Assembly: GCA_963706285.1 (NCBI GenBank)
Contig: CAVPLU010000009.1
Location: 32,001 to 96,000, forward strand
Length of the DNA: 64,000 bases
Origin: Candidatus Bathyarchaeota archaeon
GTDB lineage: Archaea > Thermoproteota > Bathyarchaeia > 40CM-2-53-6
Reading direction: 5' to 3'
Below the pieces are notes generated by a model that had not been told where the DNA came from, searched no databases, and saw only the letters and a list, made by a program, of their open reading frames with translations. This document shows positions 60,963 to 64,000 of this stretch, piece by piece (position 1 is the stretch's first letter; each line of letters begins with the position of its first letter). The position numbers were made by a program, and so were the translations under genes.

Positions 60963-61532
60963 GTGCACCCTCTGGCTAAACACGAATCGTACATCCATAT
61001 AGAGAACGTCGTCGCGTCAGCCACACTGAACCAGAAGATTGACCTCAACTCGATTGTTCGGCTTTTTCCTGGCGTCGAATATAGGCCTGAGCAGTTCCCC
61101 GGACTCGTATACCGGCTGAAGAAGCCGAAGACCGCGACGCTGATTTTCACCTCTGGGAAGATGGTTTGTACCGGAGCAAAGTCCGAGAGGCAATCAAGGA
61201 AGGCGGTCATGAAAGTTGTCGACGAACTCAAGAGGAACGGGATGATCATCCTTGGAAAGCCGGAAATCCAGATCCAGAACATTGTAGCCTCAGCGGGACT
61301 GGGAGGCCACATCGACTTAGAAAAGACAACGTACTCTCTGAAGAGGACGATGTACGAGCCCGAACAGTTCCCAGGTCTAATCTACAGAATGGACGACCCG
61401 AAAGTAGTCATACTGATCTTTGCGAGCGGAAAGCTAGTGTGTACAGGCGCCAAGAAAGAGGCGGAAGTACCTAGAGCAATCGCAAAATTGCAGGAAACTC
61501 TGGAAGAGAAGGGCCTCATAACCTACGAGTAG
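60963..61532 (+). CDS. tbp: TATA-box-binding protein
   Basis: Two repeats of NVVAS/NIVAS...PEQFPGL...IF.SGK.VCTGAK. Confidence 0.98.
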   Translation: MHPLAKHESYIHIENVVASATLNQKIDLNSIVRLFPGVEYRPEQFPGLVYRLKKPKTATLIFTSGKMVCTGAKSERQSRKAVMKVVDELKRNGMIILGKPEIQIQNIVASAGLGGHIDLEKTTYSLKRTMYEPEQFPGLIYRMDDPKVVILIFASGKLVCTGAKKEAEVPRAIAKLQETLEEKGLITYE

Positions 61533-61651
61533 TCCCGAGCTCGGTCGGGCGAATTAACACTGCTGAGCTTGCCAGACATATGTAATGCTTCACGTTTGTC
61601 GCAAAAAAAGAACTGGGGGGCTCTGTTGTCCTGGGCGGTTTGCTGTTGTGT

Positions 61652-61975
61652 TTAGGTTGTTTTTGTTACTGTGATTTCGATGGTTGAGACGTTTCGTACT
61701 TGTCCTTCCTCGCCCAGCTGTTCGGTTCCGATATTGATTTTTTTGACGTGAAGTTTGCCTTCGAAGAATCGTCTTCTGCATACTTCTACGACGTCTACGG
61801 CTGCTGATATGGCTCTCCCTCTTGCTTTGATTGTTACGTCGCCGCTGCCGCTGGTGAATTGCATTAAGATGGCTGTAACGTAGGCCATGATGGGTTTTTG
61901 TCCGATGAAAATGGTGTTGGAGGGGATTCCACTCTGGCTAGGAGGGGTTGGTGGTACTTTTTGTTGTTCTGTCAT
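61652..61975 (-). CDS. albA: Chromatin protein Alba
   Basis: IFIGQKPIMAYV, IKARGRAISAAVDV and VSTIEI. Confidence 0.95.
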   Translation of the reverse strand: MTEQQKVPPTPPSQSGIPSNTIFIGQKPIMAYVTAILMQFTSGSGDVTIKARGRAISAAVDVVEVCRRRFFEGKLHVKKINIGTEQLGEEGQVRNVSTIEITVTKTT

Positions 61976-62303
61976 GTTCTGTTCACCACTTTTTGCTTTT
62001 GTTACACATTGGATAGGACGCACGGTCCGAATCCACTGTATACATCCATGGATACCGTTGCCGTCCACTTAAGTATCCTAGGTTCGGTTGACACGCGCCA
62101 CACATATTCCGCGAATTCTCCCCTCTCAAGAGGCTGCCCTACGTACGCGTGAGGAAAGTGTACGTCCCCTAACAACCTAACAACAACGGCAAGTCTAATG
62201 TTGACTATAACCCGGGAAGGCGACCAACAGCAACCCGGTCAGACTCCGCTGAGAATGCTCCCGACATTGTGGCAGCTGTAGTTGGAGGTGAAACGAAGCG
62301 GCC

Positions 62304-62540
62304 TTAGGTTCCTTCCATAGTCATCAAGGTCAGCGATGATCTGAGGTTCTTGAGCTTGCGGACCTTCGAAGTTATGACTTCTTTCAGTTCTTTCATCGTC
62401 TCCGCCTCGACTTTCGCGACGATATCATATACGCCATATACGGCATGGGCTTCGCTAACGCTGTTGAGCTTTCTGAGTTCCCTCAGAAGTTCGTCTTCTG
62501 AGCCGACCTCAGCGTTAATCAAGACGATGGCTAGGGGCAT
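62304..62540 (-). CDS. Lrp/AsnC ligand-binding (RAM) domain-only protein
   Basis: AIVLIN.EVG and VYGVYDIVAKVE. Confidence 0.9.
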   Translation of the reverse strand: MPLAIVLINAEVGSEDELLRELRKLNSVSEAHAVYGVYDIVAKVEAETMKELKEVITSKVRKLKNLRSSLTLMTMEGT

Positions 62541-62838
62541 CGTTTGGATACCTACTTCCTAGAAACGCCACGGCCGTGCCGGGTAAAAAGGAGTTTGGTG
62601 CAACCGATCCATTCATTCTCTTTCAACGAGAAGCCTTGACGAACTTCATCTGATTATTCATATGATGGAGTGAAGAGAATTCGAATACTTCGCAACCGAT
62701 GAAATATTGTAGTTAGAACCGTTCATTTGTGTGGGGGAGGTTGGTGCTTGAGCTGTGTCCATGATTTCTCATTAGGTATCATAGGCATTGGACTTGAACG
62801 GGATATTGATTTTACGAGCTTGACAGATGACTCACGCG

Positions 62839-63102
62839 CTAGACGGCTTTGTAGTATACTATCCTGCCGAACTTTCTCACGTCAACCTTACCCTCCCGAA
62901 ACAAGTTATCTAGCGTCATAATGACACAGGCAACTATCGCCGCACCAGTCATTGGTTTCATGAGCGAATCTTTCATCACTTCGTTTCCAATCTCCTTCCC
63001 TGAGTAGGCTTTGTCACGATCCCTCGTTAGGAATTCAAGAACTGTGGCTTCCATTGATACGATACGTCCAGCCTTTTCCCATTCTGCCTTGCCAATTGGC
63101 AA
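62839..63102 (-). CDS. Small winged-helix hypothetical protein
   Basis: VLEFL...DKAYSGKEI...LDNL.REGKV....YY. Confidence 0.65.
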   Translation of the reverse strand: MPIGKAEWEKAGRIVSMEATVLEFLTRDRDKAYSGKEIGNEVMKDSLMKPMTGAAIVACVIMTLDNLFREGKVDVRKFGRIVYYKAV

Positions 63103-63406
63103 TCCAAGAAACGCCTGTCATAGATAGCGCCGAGTAGCGTTAGTAAGACAATCGGTAGAGCTCGAATAGTCTCTTAATCAAGCGGCCTAGCTTTCTTCGT
63201 TCTACTCAGATGACCCTGCTCGGCTTAGCTGCGGATTCGTTCTAGATCTGATATCTTACTCTCAAAAGTCCGGATGTCTTTGGCCACGAGGCCATCCTGT
63301 AGTCCGAAGCTCATCCACTACTTTCTTTGTGGGTCCGTCGCTTGTCCGACTCCGACAAAACGATCTCGATTTACCTCGCCCCAGGCCCATAGGGCTTGGT
63401 GAAAAG

Positions 63407-63584
63407 TGCGGGGGGTGGGATTCGAACCCACGAAGGCCTACGCCACAGGGTCTCCCAGATCCTCGGTGGTCCCGAGGGATCACCTAAGCTTGGCACCACG
63501 CGACTTCGAGGTCGCAGAGTCCTGCCCCTTAGACCTGGTTCCCGCCTGGTTCGTTCAACTCGCCAGAGACTCGGGTACCCCCGC
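63407..63584 (-). tRNA. tRNA-Leu(UAG) with three 31-nt BHB introns at positions 15/16, 30/31 and 37/38; CCA not encoded
   Basis: Removing 63569-63539, 63520-63490 and 63482-63452 gives an 85-nt cloverleaf: GCGGGGG/CCCCCGC acceptor, CAGGG-CTTAGGA-CCCTG anticodon arm, long variable arm, GTGGG-TTCGAAT-CCCAC. Confidence 0.93.
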
Positions 63585-63879
63585 TCATCAGCTCCTGTTT
63601 CTACTCACCAGCAGAATATTATCTCTTCGAAGTCGGCTTCGAGATCGGCATCTATCTATTCGTTCTATCGGAGCAGGAACCAGAGTAGTTCTGGGAAGGC
63701 CTTCGGAATATGAGCTCTGTTACATTCTCATCTGGCGTAAGAGTGCTAATATTCGTCTGCATGAAAGCAGGTTCTTCACGCAACCATCGTTTCATATCGA
63801 ATCTTCGACGCGTTAGCGATGACGGGCACTGATCGGATGAGGGTCCTCGCCCGCTTGAACAATGATTCCAAGTATGTGA

Positions 63880-64000
63880 TATCATTCAACATTCAAGGAG
63901 AAAGTCCGGCCAGCAAGAGGCATCAAGACAACTGATACCGCAATCCTAGATGGACAACGCATCTACTACAACCACATACGCCCACATCAAGGACTGACGG
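63880..64000 (+). mobile_element. Remnant of a DDE (IS6-like) transposase C-terminus
   Basis: YHSTFKEKVRPARGIKTTDTAILDGQRIYYNHIRPHQGL, preceded by an in-frame stop and running off the window end. Confidence 0.65.

Noticed and set aside
62150-62303. RNase P RNA suggested by GAGGAAAGT (also gagaaagtcc near 63898)
   Set aside because: The remaining conserved regions and P4 pairing are absent; the 63898 match lies inside the transposase remnant
63262-63816. ORFs overlapping the tRNA (63262-63483, 63396-63713, 63406-63816)
   Set aside because: They are translations of the tRNA gene and its flanks

Overview
Chromosomal window from an archaeon, most likely Bathyarchaeia/TACK. This is inferred from the TBP, Alba, RadA, NucS, Rqc2, thermosome and a BHB-intron tRNA. 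Layout: (1) 0.4-5.4 kb accessory stretch in which each small gene or operon is separated by a copy of a ~30-bp TGTGTG...CACACA palindromic element. (2) 5.4-25 kb mostly core genes: ThiI-like, glycosyltransferase, AMMECR1, Mut7-C, dihydroorotase, CBS, Rqc2, EMC6-like, radA, nucS, Nudix, a polyamine ABC operon, npdG and an NDP-sugar synthase-TrmB fusion. (3) 25-36 kb zinc-ribbon/SPFH envelope-stress-like genes, a B12 radical SAM enzyme, nadE and a nitroreductase. (4) 37-46 kb island bounded by ~120-bp direct repeats, carrying a Cys-less AsnB, repeated PP-loop/CapK-like genes, a C-free AT tract that is probably an artefact, and a circularly permuted peptide-binding protein. (5) mntH and thermosome. 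(6) 49.7-60.7 kb island of micro-proteins: four protamine-like basic peptides, Tyr/Gln/Pro and Tyr/His repeat proteins, zinc-finger peptides, an lmo0937-like membrane peptide, and twin RHH regulators with a shared palindromic operator. (7) tbp, alba, an Lrp-type domain, tRNA-Leu(UAG) with three 31-nt introns, and a transposase remnant. About a dozen genes carry single-base frameshifts, which points to an indel-prone (long-read) consensus. All family assignments come from motif recognition, not database searches.
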